This document shows, piece by piece, positions 18,073 to 29,241 of a DNA stretch of 64,000 nucleotides (position 1 is its first letter; each line of letters opens with the position of its first letter). The notes below the pieces were generated by a model that made no database searches, was not told the DNA's origin, and saw nothing but the letters and a program-made list of their open reading frames with translations. This stretch comes from Candidatus Eiseniibacteriota bacterium (lineage in GTDB: Bacteria > Eisenbacteria > RBG-16-71-46 > CAIMUX01 > VGJL01). A program made the translations under genes and the position numbers. The stretch is from positions 448,001 to 512,000 of the forward strand of contig CAWBWI010000003.1 of assembly GCA_963792585.1 (NCBI GenBank), given 5' to 3'.

Positions 18073-21000
18073 ATGAAAGCAAAGGCGTTCCGTCTCCAGT
18101 TCTTGCTGCTTCCAACGATTCTGCTCGCGATCTCGGGGAACGCGATCGCATCGCACGCCCCGAGCCGTTCCGTGCTTGGCAATCAGTATCTCGCCCCGCA
18201 GGCGACCGATCTGCGACAACCGGATCGGTCCGGGGTTCCGACGAGATCCGACACGACCTGGTTCGGCGGCTACACGATCGTGGGCGGCGAGTACCACGCC
18301 CTCTCCGGACCGAACAAACAGGACGTCATGTGGACCTTCGACCGCGGGATCGGTCCCCACGGGGACCCGAACCGGATCGAGGATGGCGAAGGGTGGCGGT
18401 CGATCGACGAGACCGCCAACGACCAGACCTTCTTCCGGCGGATCGACGGCACACTCGATCTCGGCGATGGCGTCGCGCCCCCGATCATCACGGGCCAGGG
18501 CAGTCTGTGGGTCGGCGCGGACGCGCCACAAGCCGCCGCCTTCTGCTGGATATGCGGCCCGGGGTATGGAAACGACTGGTGCCAGAGAATCACGACCGAG
18601 CCGCTCGCCTACGACGGGTCGGGGGCGGTCACCCTCTCCTTCAAGTATTTCAGCGACAGTGAGCAGTGCTTCGATGGGACGCAGGTCTACCTGAAGCGCG
18701 CGGACAATACCGAACTGCTGCTCAACCCATATCCGGGCGACTGCCCGGAGAATGTCTGGCATGACGGCTTCACCGGAACGATCGGGAGCGCCTCGGCCCC
18801 CGCGACCTACACGCGCGTCGTGACCGCCGGGGAGATCGGCGCGGCCCAGTCCATCCGCTTCGTTATCGAGTTCACCTCGGACGACGGTTGGTCCGACGAG
18901 GACGGCGAGTTCTGCGAGACCTACGGTCCCTTCGGCGCGGACGATGTGACGATCGACGGCGGGGGAATCCATGCGATCCAGGATTTCGAGACGGGCATCA
19001 CCCCGTGGGTCGCCTCATTCTGTCCCGGGATCGGCAGCTTCGCGGGCATTGCCCCCCTTGGCTGCTATGGGTATATCGATCCCTGCCAGTGCCGCCTCTC
19101 AGGGAACGTCCTCGAGATGCACGAGGGAGACTGCCCCGCTGGGACCCATCCCCAAGGACAGCTCGAGTCGATCGAAAGCCCGATCTGCGACATCGGTTCG
19201 GGAGAACCGCACAGCATCCTGCTCGACTTCGACATGTTCGCGGACATGCCGTTCGAGGATGGGGTCCTGTTTCGCGTGATGTGGAAGTACTACCCGTGGA
19301 CTTGCCCCGTGACGGGCGCGACCGGCTGGTCGCCCGCCATGGGGAATACTTTCGAATCCACCGGTTCCACGCCGGGTTGTTTCAGTCTGCGCTACTCCGC
19401 GACCGGCGGACCGAACGGCGTGCCCATCCCCCAGACCTCGCAGAAGGTGAAGGCGATCATCGAGCTGGTCTCGGACTGCTCGGCCTTCACCATCGATCCC
19501 TGTTCCGGCGAGACGAACGCGAGCCCCCTGTTCGACAACATCGCCGTCGGCGCGACGGCAGGCGTGTACGCACCGATCGTCGCGCTCGACACCGGCTGCG
19601 CGTTCCAGGACGTCGGATCGTACCCGTCCACGGCCTTCGATCCGCGCGGGACCGGTCCGGCCAACGTGACATTCGACAAGTACCTGGACAACCCGTCGAA
19701 ACCACGCCTCTGCGGCGATAGCCTCGTCGTGGCCGGCCCCCTGCCGTCCCCCACCGATCCGAACACCCGCTGGGAGGCGCGGCTCTGGTGGCGGGTGGCG
19801 CGCAGGGCGGTCTTCAACGCGGACAACAACAACGGGGTCCCAACGCGGTACAAGATCTGGCGTGACCGGGTCGCGGACGGTCGCGCGATCGACCGCGTCT
19901 ACAGGCCGGAGTTCACCTTCGGCTGGATGGACTCCGCCCAGATCGGATCTAACCCCAGAAAGGACAAGTTCATCTCCTCATTCCGCGAGGACGACGACGA
20001 TTTCGTAAGCGAGTCGAGTCCCGAGAACGAGATGATCTGGGACGACGTCCTTTATCCGGGGACCCGGATCGAGTACTTCGTCACGTCGAACTACAGAAAC
20101 AGCCCGGCACTGCTCTACTACTATCCCGACACCACGGGTGGGAATCTCCTCGAGTTCGAGGTCCTGCCCGGGCTCCTTACGGCGAACGTGCCGGGGTGCG
20201 GGGGGACGGGCTTCAATTACTGCGCCTTCATGCCGGCCACGCTCTACATTGACGCTTTCAACGCCGGCGCACAGATCTTCATCGAGAATGCCCTCCGCAC
20301 CGTGCTCAATGGGGAGCCGGTCTGCATGAACCCGATGGGGTGCCCGATTCCGGCCGATCGGAACTGGGACCGGTACGACTACGCGGACGCCGCCTCGAGT
20401 TGGGTCGCGCCCTTCGGCCGCGGAGCGATCGCGGGGAGCAACAACGGCATGACCCTGCAGCAGATCCTCGGCTATCGGACGATCCTCGTGAACACAGGGT
20501 CCTACACCAGCGGTGCGATGGACGACAAGGACTTCGCCCTGTTCGACCAGTGGCTGGTCACTCCCTTGTGCGAGTCGAACGTGAACCGGCAGGCGTTTCT
20601 CATGAACGGGGACGGAGTGGGTCAAGTCCTGGAGAACTTCCCCTCCACCGGCGTGCCCTTGATGCGCAACACGCTCGGCGCCGCACTCTTCTGCGACGCG
20701 TTCAACGGTGCGTCGAGCGACCCCGACTGCGGTCCGATCGACACGTCGTATTGCGTCCGCCTTCTTCCTCCTGACGCCGCCGTTTTCGGATCCACGGAGG
20801 CGATCGATGCCTTCGGGAACGGTTGTCCCAGTCTCTACGGCTTCAACGTCCTCTCTCCCAACGGCACGGGAGTGGGCAACCGCGGCTACTGGAGCGAGGA
20901 AGGTCCGAAGCAGATGGACTTCTCGCAGATTGCGAACGAGGACCTCTCCACAGGCGCGAACTACCGGACCGTGCTCGATGGTGTGAGCTGGCACCACATG

Positions 21001-21498
21001 ACGCTGCGCAACAGCGGCGGGCAGGGGAGCGACCGATGCCCGCGCGACCTCCCCTCGGTCTCCGGGGCGATCGCCGCGGAGATGGGCTCGGCGCTGCGAT
21101 GGGCCTACGACGCGCAGACGAACAACGGGATCCCGAAGCTCACAAGCGCGGAAGTGCTCGCGACATGTCAGTCTACGTGGACTCTAGGGGGCGCGGGGGC
21201 CGAAGATGCCGCCGACGTCCGGGTCAACCGTCTCTGGCAGAACGATCCGAACCCCTTCAATCCACGCACGACGATCAAGTACAGCCTGGCCCGAAGCGGC
21301 GCCGTGAAGATCCTCGTCTATGACGTGAGCGGGCGGCTCGTCCGCACGCTCATCGATGCGAAGGAGGAGGCCGGGGCGCATGCGGCGGTATGGGACGGGA
21401 CGAACGACCGGGGCGACAAGGCCGGGTCCGGAGTCTACTGGGTTCAGATGCGCGTCGCCGACTTCGTCTCCAACAAGAAGATGGTTATCTTGAAATAG
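18073..21498 (+). CDS. Large (1141 aa) Cys-rich secreted protein with FlgD-Ig CTD
   Basis: GGAGG RBS, signal peptide, roughly 29 Cys. C-terminal QNDPNPFNPRTTIKY...VYDVSGRLVRTL...WDGTND...SGVY...KKMVILK. Confidence 0.8.
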   Translation: MKAKAFRLQFLLLPTILLAISGNAIASHAPSRSVLGNQYLAPQATDLRQPDRSGVPTRSDTTWFGGYTIVGGEYHALSGPNKQDVMWTFDRGIGPHGDPNRIEDGEGWRSIDETANDQTFFRRIDGTLDLGDGVAPPIITGQGSLWVGADAPQAAAFCWICGPGYGNDWCQRITTEPLAYDGSGAVTLSFKYFSDSEQCFDGTQVYLKRADNTELLLNPYPGDCPENVWHDGFTGTIGSASAPATYTRVVTAGEIGAAQSIRFVIEFTSDDGWSDEDGEFCETYGPFGADDVTIDGGGIHAIQDFETGITPWVASFCPGIGSFAGIAPLGCYGYIDPCQCRLSGNVLEMHEGDCPAGTHPQGQLESIESPICDIGSGEPHSILLDFDMFADMPFEDGVLFRVMWKYYPWTCPVTGATGWSPAMGNTFESTGSTPGCFSLRYSATGGPNGVPIPQTSQKVKAIIELVSDCSAFTIDPCSGETNASPLFDNIAVGATAGVYAPIVALDTGCAFQDVGSYPSTAFDPRGTGPANVTFDKYLDNPSKPRLCGDSLVVAGPLPSPTDPNTRWEARLWWRVARRAVFNADNNNGVPTRYKIWRDRVADGRAIDRVYRPEFTFGWMDSAQIGSNPRKDKFISSFREDDDDFVSESSPENEMIWDDVLYPGTRIEYFVTSNYRNSPALLYYYPDTTGGNLLEFEVLPGLLTANVPGCGGTGFNYCAFMPATLYIDAFNAGAQIFIENALRTVLNGEPVCMNPMGCPIPADRNWDRYDYADAASSWVAPFGRGAIAGSNNGMTLQQILGYRTILVNTGSYTSGAMDDKDFALFDQWLVTPLCESNVNRQAFLMNGDGVGQVLENFPSTGVPLMRNTLGAALFCDAFNGASSDPDCGPIDTSYCVRLLPPDAAVFGSTEAIDAFGNGCPSLYGFNVLSPNGTGVGNRGYWSEEGPKQMDFSQIANEDLSTGANYRTVLDGVSWHHMTLRNSGGQGSDRCPRDLPSVSGAIAAEMGSALRWAYDAQTNNGIPKLTSAEVLATCQSTWTLGGAGAEDAADVRVNRLWQNDPNPFNPRTTIKYSLARSGAVKILVYDVSGRLVRTLIDAKEEAGAHAAVWDGTNDRGDKAGSGVYWVQMRVADFVSNKKMVILK

Positions 21499-21529
21499 GG
21501 CGCTTCCCCGCCCGGACGGAGGTCGACGA

Positions 21530-21558
21530 GGGGCCGACGGCAGGATGCCGCCGGCCCC
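21530..21558 (+). terminator. Hairpin / possible terminator
   Basis: GGGGCCG-ACGGCA-GGA-TGCCG-CCGGCCCC downstream of the large gene. Confidence 0.45.
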
Positions 21559-21605
21559 ATCCTTGTTCTATAGTGGTCCCAGTCCACGAGGCAAAGGAGG
21601 CCGGG

Positions 21606-23809
21606 GTGCGCTACGTACGTTCGGGGTGGATGCTGGCGGCGTTGTTCGTGACGGCCGTGGGGGCGGCTCCGGCCGTCGAGATTCCCGACAACCCGTCGGG
21701 CGGGATGATCGCGCGCCACGGCCTGCGCGCGACGATCGATCCGGCGACGGCCGCGCTGACGGTCGTCGACACCTTGACGATCCTGCACCGGCCGGCGATC
21801 CCCGCCTCGCGGAAATTCCCGTTCATGCTTTCCCGCGCGCTCGAGATCGATCGGGTGGAGGGGATCGGATTCGGCGTGACGGGAGCCCCGGGCCGCCTCG
21901 TGCCGCGCGAGTACTGGCGGGAGCCCCCCTACGACGAGCTGGGGGGCTACGAGCGCGCGCGATCGATCGGCATCGTCCCGGCGCAACTCGACGGGAACTG
22001 GCCCGAGTCGCTGCGGGTCATCGTTCGGTATCACGGAACGGTCTACGACTCCCTGCGGGCGCCCAAGTCGGCCTATGCCCGAAGCTTCGAGACCACCACC
22101 GGCCTGATCGATCGTCGGGGGGCTTACCTGAGCGGCGGCACGTTCTGGATCCCATCGCGTCCGGATGAGCGATTCACCTTCCGCTGCGCGCTCGAAACCC
22201 CGGCAGACTGGCATGGGATCTCGCAAGGAACCCTTCTCGCGACGGACGACGGCGCGACGGCGCGCGTCGACACGTGGGACTGCCCCCAGTTGATGGAGGA
22301 GATCTATTTCATCGCCGGACCTTATACATTGCGACGGGAAATGCCGCCGGCGTCGACGTGCAGACATTCACCTACGCGGATACCGACAGCGCCCTCTGCC
22401 GGCGCTACATCGACGGAACGGAGCGCTACCTCAAACTCTACGGCGAGAAGATCGGCGCCTACCCGTTCGCGAAGTTCGCCCTCATCGAGAACTTCTGGCA
22501 GACCGGCTTCGGAATGCCGTCCTTCACCCTGCTCGGGAACCAGGTCATCCGCCTGCCGTTCATCCTCGACACATCGTATGGCCACGAGATCCTGCACAAC
22601 TGGTGGGGCAACGGTGTCTTCGTCGACTACGCGACGGGGAACTGGTGCGAAGGGCTGACGACTTACGGCGCGGACTACCTCTACAAGGAGATGCAGTCCG
22701 CCGACGAGGCGCGGGATTCACGCCGCACCTCGCTTCAGGGCTATCTCGACTACGTGAGCGGGAACGAGGACTTCACCCTGCGCCTCTTCCGCGAGCGGGA
22801 GGACTTCGCGACGCAGGCGGTCGGCTACGGCAAGTCGATGATGGTCTTCCACCAGGTCCGCCGGCTGCTCGGGGACGAGGTACTTTGGGGCGCCCTGCGC
22901 GAGTTCTACTCGACCCATCTGTTCCGGAGGGCGAGCTGGGACGATCTCTTCGAAGCCTTCGGTGCGTGGTCGCCCATTCCGCTCGCGGGATGGAAGGCGC
23001 AGTGGATCGAGCGAACCGGGGCGCCCCAACTGCTCCTCGGGCCGCACTCGGTGAAGGGCTCCGCGAAGAGCGGGTTCACCGTGGAGGTCACGATCCGCCA
23101 GACCCAGTCCCCGCTCTATGACCTGCGCGTGCCGGTGCGGATCGGGTGGGACGCCCCGGCGGCGGAGTCGACGATGGTCGTGGCCTTGAGTGGAGAAGCG
23201 GCCGGCTGCGGCTTCCGCGTGAACAAGGCGCCCGACTGGGTCGCCGTCGATCCTGATTTCGACGTGCTCCGCAAGATCGATCCCACGGAGATCCCGGCGG
23301 CGCTTTCGCGGGTTTTGGGAGCGGATACTGCCGTCGTGGTGATCGCCTCCGGACTGCCCGCCGAGGTGAGCGCGAGCTACGAGAAGGTCGCCGCGGAGTG
23401 GGCCCAGGGGGCGAAGCTCGGAATCCTGCACGAAGTCGATCTTCCGGGAGGGATGTTGCCCGATCTGCCGACGTGGCTCTTCGGACGCGGGCCGCTCGCC
23501 GAGAGGCTCGTCGCCGAACGGGGAGACCCGAACACGGTTCCCCCGAGTTCCGGGCGCCCCGGCTGGAAGATCGCAGGCGTCGAATACGGGCCCGGGCGGG
23601 ACTTCGTCCTCGCCGGAGGAGATCCACCCCGGATCTGGACGCTGATCGATGCGGGCGATACGCGACAGATCAGCGTGGTCGGCCGGAAGGTCCCGCACTA
23701 TGGAAAGTACAGCTACTTGGTCTTCGAGGATGGGAAGAACATCGCGAAGGGATCCTGGGATGTCCTTTCGTCGCCGCTCCGTGACCGCTTCGCCGCCAAG
23801 GGTCGATGA
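21606..23809 (+). CDS. Secreted M1 family aminopeptidase (one frameshift near 22340)
   Basis: AAGGAGG RBS with GTG start and signal peptide. GFGMPS, HEILHNWWGN...WCEG (HExxH-x18-E). Split between ORFs 21390-22658 and 22274-23809. Confidence 0.85.
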
Positions 23810-23819
23810 AGGGAGAATC

Positions 23820-25064
23820 ATGAAGATGCGCCACGCATCCGCCGTCGTCATACTCCTGCTCGCTCTCACGAACGTCGGTCTCCCCTCGGCGGCCGCCGGT
23901 CCGCTCGAGTTCGTTGCCGCGCTGTGCGACACGTCTCTGGGGGGCCGCGTCGTCGGGGGCGCGGGATGCGACCGCGCGGCGGAGATGATCGCGGGACGCT
24001 TCGAGAAGGCCGGTCTCAACCCGGCCGGCGACGGGGGCACCTGGTATCAGAGCTTCAAGCCCGATCGTCCGGCAATCGCGGATGCCGTCCGCCTCCCGCC
24101 CGGGGCGCGCTGGGGCGAGATGACGCTGCGCAATGTGGTCGGGATCGTCAAGGGAACCGGAGACGGATATGTCGTCGTCGGCGCCCACTACGACCATCTC
24201 GGGCGCAGCGCGGCCGGCGAGATCTTCCGTGGGGCGGACGACAACGCATCCGGCGTGGCCGTCCTGTGCGAGATGGCCTCCAAGCTGGCTGCCGAGGCGC
24301 CACACCGGCGCTCGATCGTCTTCATCGCCTTCTCCGGCGAGGAGGTGGGGTTGCTCGGCTCCCAGTGGTACGTCGATCATCCCGTGGCGCCGCTGGAGAA
24401 GACGATCGCGATGATCAACTTCGACACGGTGGGCCGTCTGTCGCCCGAGAAGCGGTTGTTCATCCTCTCCGCCGCGAGCGCGCGCGAGTTGCCGGAGATG
24501 GTCAAGGGGATCAACCTCGATTTCGAACTCGACCTCGCCGTGCCGGAGAAGAGCCCCTTCGGCTCGGACCAGGTCTCCTTCCTTGCGAAGAATGTCCCCG
24601 CAATCCACTTCTTCACCGGCCCCAACGCCGACTACCACCGTTCCTCCGACACGCCCGACAAGGTCAACTACGAAGGGCTCGAGACGATCGCCGCCTTCGG
24701 CAGTGAGGCCGTGCGATTCCTCGCCGACCGGGAACGCCCCCTGACCTTCGTGCCGCAGGGGATCGAGAAACCGAAGCCGGCGCAACCGACCGCGCCGCGC
24801 AGGGTCAGTCTCGGGACGATTCCCGACATGGCCGACCAGGGAGACGGGGTCCTCGTTTCCGGAGTGCTTCCCGGAAGCCCCGCGGAGAAGGCGGGCATCA
24901 AGACGGGGGATCGCATCGTCTCGGTCGACGGGGAGAAAATCGGGGGGCTGGAGGACTACTCCGGCGTCCTGAAGAGCCACCAGCCGGGCGACAGGGTCCA
25001 GGTGACCTTCCTCCGGGGCGGGAAGACGGAGACCATCGAGGCCGCGCTGGTGGAGAGGAAGTGA
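23820..25064 (+). CDS. M28 family peptidase with C-terminal PDZ domain
   Basis: GAHYDHLG, GADDNASG, GEEVGLLGS, YH..SD. PDZ: SLGTIPD...GSPAEKAGIKTGDRI. Confidence 0.9.
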   Translation: MKMRHASAVVILLLALTNVGLPSAAAGPLEFVAALCDTSLGGRVVGGAGCDRAAEMIAGRFEKAGLNPAGDGGTWYQSFKPDRPAIADAVRLPPGARWGEMTLRNVVGIVKGTGDGYVVVGAHYDHLGRSAAGEIFRGADDNASGVAVLCEMASKLAAEAPHRRSIVFIAFSGEEVGLLGSQWYVDHPVAPLEKTIAMINFDTVGRLSPEKRLFILSAASARELPEMVKGINLDFELDLAVPEKSPFGSDQVSFLAKNVPAIHFFTGPNADYHRSSDTPDKVNYEGLETIAAFGSEAVRFLADRERPLTFVPQGIEKPKPAQPTAPRRVSLGTIPDMADQGDGVLVSGVLPGSPAEKAGIKTGDRIVSVDGEKIGGLEDYSGVLKSHQPGDRVQVTFLRGGKTETIEAALVERK

Positions 25065-25084
25065 GCCGGGTCGAGCCGATTGGG

Positions 25085-25121
25085 CAAAACAGCGGCGCCG
25101 GCGATTGTCCCGCCGGCGCCG
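25085..25121 (-). terminator. Intrinsic terminator for pckG
   Basis: 11-bp stem CGGCGCCGGCG/CGCCGGCGCCG followed on the minus strand by CTGTTTT. Confidence 0.6.
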
Positions 25122-25148
25122 TCGCGTCAGGGTGAGAGCCCCGTCGGG

Positions 25149-26906
25149 TTACGCTCCCAACCGCTTCTCCAGTCCGTCGACCTGACGTTGCATCTCCGCG
25201 GGGAGCTTCGACTCGAACTTCGCGAAGAACTCACGCATCCCCGCGATCTCTCCCTTCCAGTCGTCCTTGTTCACGGTCAGAAGCTCCTTCATCGTCGCCT
25301 CGGAGACGTCGAGGCCGGCGCGATCGATGCCCTTCGGCGTCGGAACGTAGCCGATCGGCGTCTCGACCGCATCGCCGCCGCCCTGGCACCGCTCGAGCGA
25401 TCCAGCGCAGCACGCGCACGTTCTCGCCGAAGCCGGGCCACAGGAACTTCCCGTCGGCGTCGAGCCGGAACCAGTTCACGTGGAAGATCTTCGGCAGCTT
25501 GTCGCTGCGCGTCCCCATCTTGATCCAGTGCGCCCAGTAGTCGCCCATGTTGTAGCCGCAGAAGGGGAGCATCGCCATCGGATCGCGGCGGACGACGCCG
25601 ACCGCGCCGGTTGCCGCCGCGGTCGTCTCGCTGGCCGCGGAGGCGCCGACGAAGACGCCGTGGTTCCAGTCGAACGACTGGTAGACGAGCGGCGCGACGT
25701 GCGCGCGGCGTCCGCCGAAGATGATCGCGGAGATCGGCACGCCCTGCGGGTCCTCCCAGTGCGGCGAGATCGAGGGGCACTGGCTGGCCGGGGCGGTGAA
25801 GCGCGAGTTCGGGTGCGCGGCCTTCTCGGTGCTGCCCGGCATCCAGCGATTGCCCTTCCAGTCGGTCAGGCCGGCGTCGGGGGCCGGATAGCCGATCCCC
25901 TCCCACCAGGGGTTCATGTCGTCGGTCAAGCCGACGTTCGTGAAGATGGCGTTCTTCCGCACGGACGAGCAACGCGTTCGGGTTGGTCTTCATGCTCGTG
26001 CCCGGCGCGACGCCGAAGAAGCCGTATTCGGGGTTGATCGCGTAGAGGCGACCGTCGGGTCCGAACTTCATCCAGGCGATGTCGTCGCCGACGGTCCAGA
26101 TCTTCCAGCCGGGGAGCGAATCGGGCGGGACGAGCATCGCGAGGTTCGTCTTGCCGCAGGCGCTCGGGAAGGCGGCGGCGATGTAGGTCACCTCGCCCTT
26201 CGGGCTCTCGAGGCCGAGGATCAGCATGTGCTCGGCGAGCCAGCCCTGGTCGCGCGCCATCACGCTCGCGATGCGCAGCGCGTAGCACTTCTTGCCGAGC
26301 AGCGCGTTGCCGCCGTAGCCGGAGCCGATCGACCAGATCTCGCGCGTCCTCGGGGAAGTGCATGATGAAGCGGCGGTCGGGGGAGAGGTCGCCGAGCGAG
26401 TGGAGGCCCTTGCAGTAGTCGGTCGAGTCGCCGAGCTGGTCGAGGGCGGCCGTTGCCCATCCGCGTCATGATCCGCATGTTCTCGACGACGTAGAGGGCT
26501 GTCGGTGATCTCGACGCCGACCTTGCTGATCGGGGAGCCGAGCGGTCCCATCACGTAGGGCAATCACGTACATCGTGCGCCCCTTCATGCAGCCGTCGAA
26601 CAGCGGGCGGACCTTCGCGCTTCCGCCTCGGCGGGCGCCATCCAGTTGTTCGTCGGGCCGGCGTCTTCCTTGTTCCGGCTGCAGATGAAGGTGAGGTGCT
26701 CGGTGCGCGCGACGTCGGTCGGATTGCTCCGATGGAAGAAGCAGTTCGGGTAGCTTCTTCTCGTTCATCCGGCCGAAGACCCCGTCGGCGATCGCCTGAG
26801 CCATCAGCCGTTCGTGCTCCTCCTGCGAACCATCCGCCACACCACGCGGTCGGGCGTGTCAGAGCCGCTCGCACTCGGCGACCCACTTCTGGAGATCGGC
26901 GTTCAT
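25149..26906 (-). CDS. pckG: Phosphoenolpyruvate carboxykinase (GTP); multiple frameshifts
   Basis: [67 protein letters not shown], spread across several frames. Confidence 0.9.
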
Positions 26907-27064
26907 CGTTCTTGATTCCCCCTGTTCCGATTGCGGCCGGACGGCAAATTCTAGACCGGCGTCACTTCTAGGGGGCGAGCGGGGCTGGACGGGGGAGCAG
27001 GAGGCTGTCAGGATGGTCGAGCCGGTCTCGAATGCCGAGCGGGCATCCGAGGAGGGACGGCGGG

Positions 27065-28199
27065 TTGACGAAGCGCAGAAGATCCGGCTCGGGCTGCTGT
27101 TTGGTGGGCGGTCGCCGGAGCACGAGATCTCGATCACGACGGCGGCCTCGATCGCCAGGGAAGCCGATCCGGAGCGGATCGAAATCGTCCCGATCTACTC
27201 ACGCGGGAGGGCCGCTGGTTGGAGCTTCCGCAAGGGGAGCTGCTCGCCGCGCTCGCGGGGAGCTCTCGGGGAGCGGGAGCTCGGTGGGATGCCCAGGCGC
27301 GAGGTTCTCCTGAGCGCCGCCGCAACGACCCTGGTCCCGGTCGCGCGGGTGGGGGGCGGATCCAGTCGCGGAGCCGATCGACGTCCTCTTCCCGGCCCTT
27401 CACGGGCAGGGAGGCGAGGACGGCAGCGTCCAGGGGCTTGCCCGGCTGGCCGACCTTCCGTGCGTCGGCGCGGGAATCCTCGGTAGCGCGCTGGGGATGG
27501 ACAAGGTCTCGCAAAGCGGATCGCCGCCACGCACGGGCTGCCCGATCGTCCCCTTACGTCGAGTTCACGCGCGCGGATTGGGATCGGACGGCCGAGCGAG
27601 ATCCGCGACGAGATCGTGGAGCAGCTGCACCTTTCCCGTCTTCGTGAAGCCATCCGGGGCCGGATCTTCGGTCGGGATCACCAAGGTCCATCGATCGGGG
27701 CGGGCTCAGCGACGCGGTGCGCGAGGCGGCGCGATACGACTATCGGATGCTCGTCGAGCAGGGTATCGACGCGCGCGAACTCGAGGTCGCCGTGCTCGGC
27801 AACGACGAGCCGCAAGCCTCGGTCGTGGGTGAGATCGTTCCGGGCGCGGGAGTTCTACGACTATCGAGACGAAGTACCTGCAGGAGGGAAGCCGGGCGAT
27901 CATACCGGCGGAGATCCCGACGAGAAGCTCGAGGACGCCGTGCGCGGAATGGCGATCCGCGCCTTCCGCGCCCTCGACTCGCCGGAATGGCGCGCGTCGA
28001 CTTCCTGCTGGACCGGGGGAACGGGGACATCTACTTCAACGAGGTCAACACGATCCCCGGATTCACCCCGATCAGCATGTACCCGATGCTGTGGCAGGCC
28101 TCCGGAATCGGCTACCGCGACCTGATCACCCGCCTCGTCGACCTGGCGATCGAGCGGCACGGCGCGACCCGCGTGGAGACGAGGGCGCCGGGAGCCTGA
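27065..28199 (+). CDS. ddl: D-alanine--D-alanine ligase; multiple frameshifts, start approximate
   Basis: LFGGRSPEHEIS, LHG..GEDG, FVKP..GSSVGI, RELEVAVLGN, EFYDY, ARVDF, NEVNTIPGFT..SMYP. Confidence 0.88.
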
Positions 28200-28205
28200 C
28201 GGGCC

Positions 28206-29159
28206 CTACGGCTGAGGTTCGACCCACTCCCTCCACATCGGAGGCTTCGACGGCCCGCCTCGACGGTCGCCGTCCCATTGCGAAAGTGGAACGTCAGATC
28301 GAGCGAGCAGGGCACGCCGACCCCCATTTCCCCGCCGACGACGAGCGAGCTGCGATACGCGGCGATCAAGGCCGCCTGGTCGATCTCCGGTTTGCCGCTT
28401 CCGCTGATCCGATTGACCCGCAGGACGGCGCCCGTTTCCTCGATACGCGCCCGCAGGACGACGTCGACCGAGTCGTGCATCGCCGAGGCGGGCACCGTCG
28501 GCGTGGCGAGACGCATCGACCTGTGGTTGGGACCGCGGAAGACGAGGGTGCTTGCCCGTCTCCACCTCGCGGATGAACCGGATGCGGGCGGAGTCGCGAA
28601 CGGCTTTGCTTCGCGCGACGATGAAGACCGCAGAGAGTTCTTCCTCCCGCGTTTCCGAGGTCACCCTGTAGCCCTTCGAGAAGTCCCCGACGCTGTCGGT
28701 GACCGTCACGATGAACTTCGGGGGTTGCATGCACTCGGGACCCCGCGCGTAAGGGGTGCCGAGTTCCGCGCCCGAGGTGAGACGGAGGATCCGCTGGCGT
28801 GGGATGTAGTAATCGACCGCGCTCCACGGCACCCAGAGCGGCTTGGTGTCGCCGTAGGCAAGCAATCCGTCGTTCCTGAAGATGCCGCACTCCGGCACGA
28901 GGTTCCAGACGACCTCGGTCGGACGGGTGCGCACGCTGATGTAGGCGATCGGAATCCGCAGATCCGCCTCGGCGAGGGTCAGCTTGCATTGAGGGCAGGT
29001 CAGGGTGGAGTCGTCCAGGGCCCGCTCGACCTTTTGAACCTGGCAGACGGGGCAGAGCCACGTATCGGCAAGCGCGACGGTGCCGGCCGCGATGAGGCTC
29101 GCCGCCGCCAACAGCAATGCAGGCAACAAGATGCGCGTGAGTTTTCGAAGTGCCGGCAC
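28206..29159 (-). CDS. Exported protein with N-terminal double-CxxC and C-terminal TonB_C-like domain (frameshifted)
   Basis: GAGGAGG RBS with GTG start and signal peptide. CPVC...CPQC. After a shift near 28515: VVLRARIEETGAV...SGSG..EIDQAALIAA...GVPCSLDLTFHF. Confidence 0.6.
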   Translation of the reverse strand: MPALRKLTRILLPALLLAAASLIAAGTVALADTWLCPVCQVQKVERALDDSTLTCPQCKLTLAEADLRIPIAYISVRTRPTEVVWNLVPECGIFRNDGLLAYGDTKPLWVPWSAVDYYIPRQRILRLTSGAELGTPYARGPECMQPPKFIVTVTDSVGDFSKGYRVTSETREEELSAVFIVARSKAVRDSARIRFIREVETGKHPRLPRSQPQVDASRHADGARLGDARLGRRRPAGAYRGNGRRPAGQSDQRKRQTGDRPGGLDRRVSQLARRRRGNGGRRALLARSDVPLSQWDGDRRGGPSKPPMWREWVEPQP

Positions 29160-29196
29160 GGAACCTCCTCGGATGGGGGACCCTCTCAGCGTAGCG

Positions 29197-29222
29197 GCGG
29201 GGGTGCCCGTCGGCACCCCCGC
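29197..29222 (-). terminator. Intercistronic hairpin
   Basis: Perfect 11-bp stem GCGGGGGTGCC-CGTC-GGCACCCCCGC; no clear U-tract. Confidence 0.45.
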
Positions 29223-29241
29223 GCCCTACTACCCCTGCGCG

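Noticed and set aside
22330..22350. Programmed frameshift in the M1 peptidase (GGGAAA) or at 42025
   Set aside because: I saw no convincing slippery heptamer with a stimulator. Isolated indel errors are more parsimonious given the other frameshifts.
25149..28199. pckG and ddl as pseudogenes
   Set aside because: The motifs are intact, the lesions are indels within an error-rich block, and ddl is normally essential. Sequencing error is more likely.
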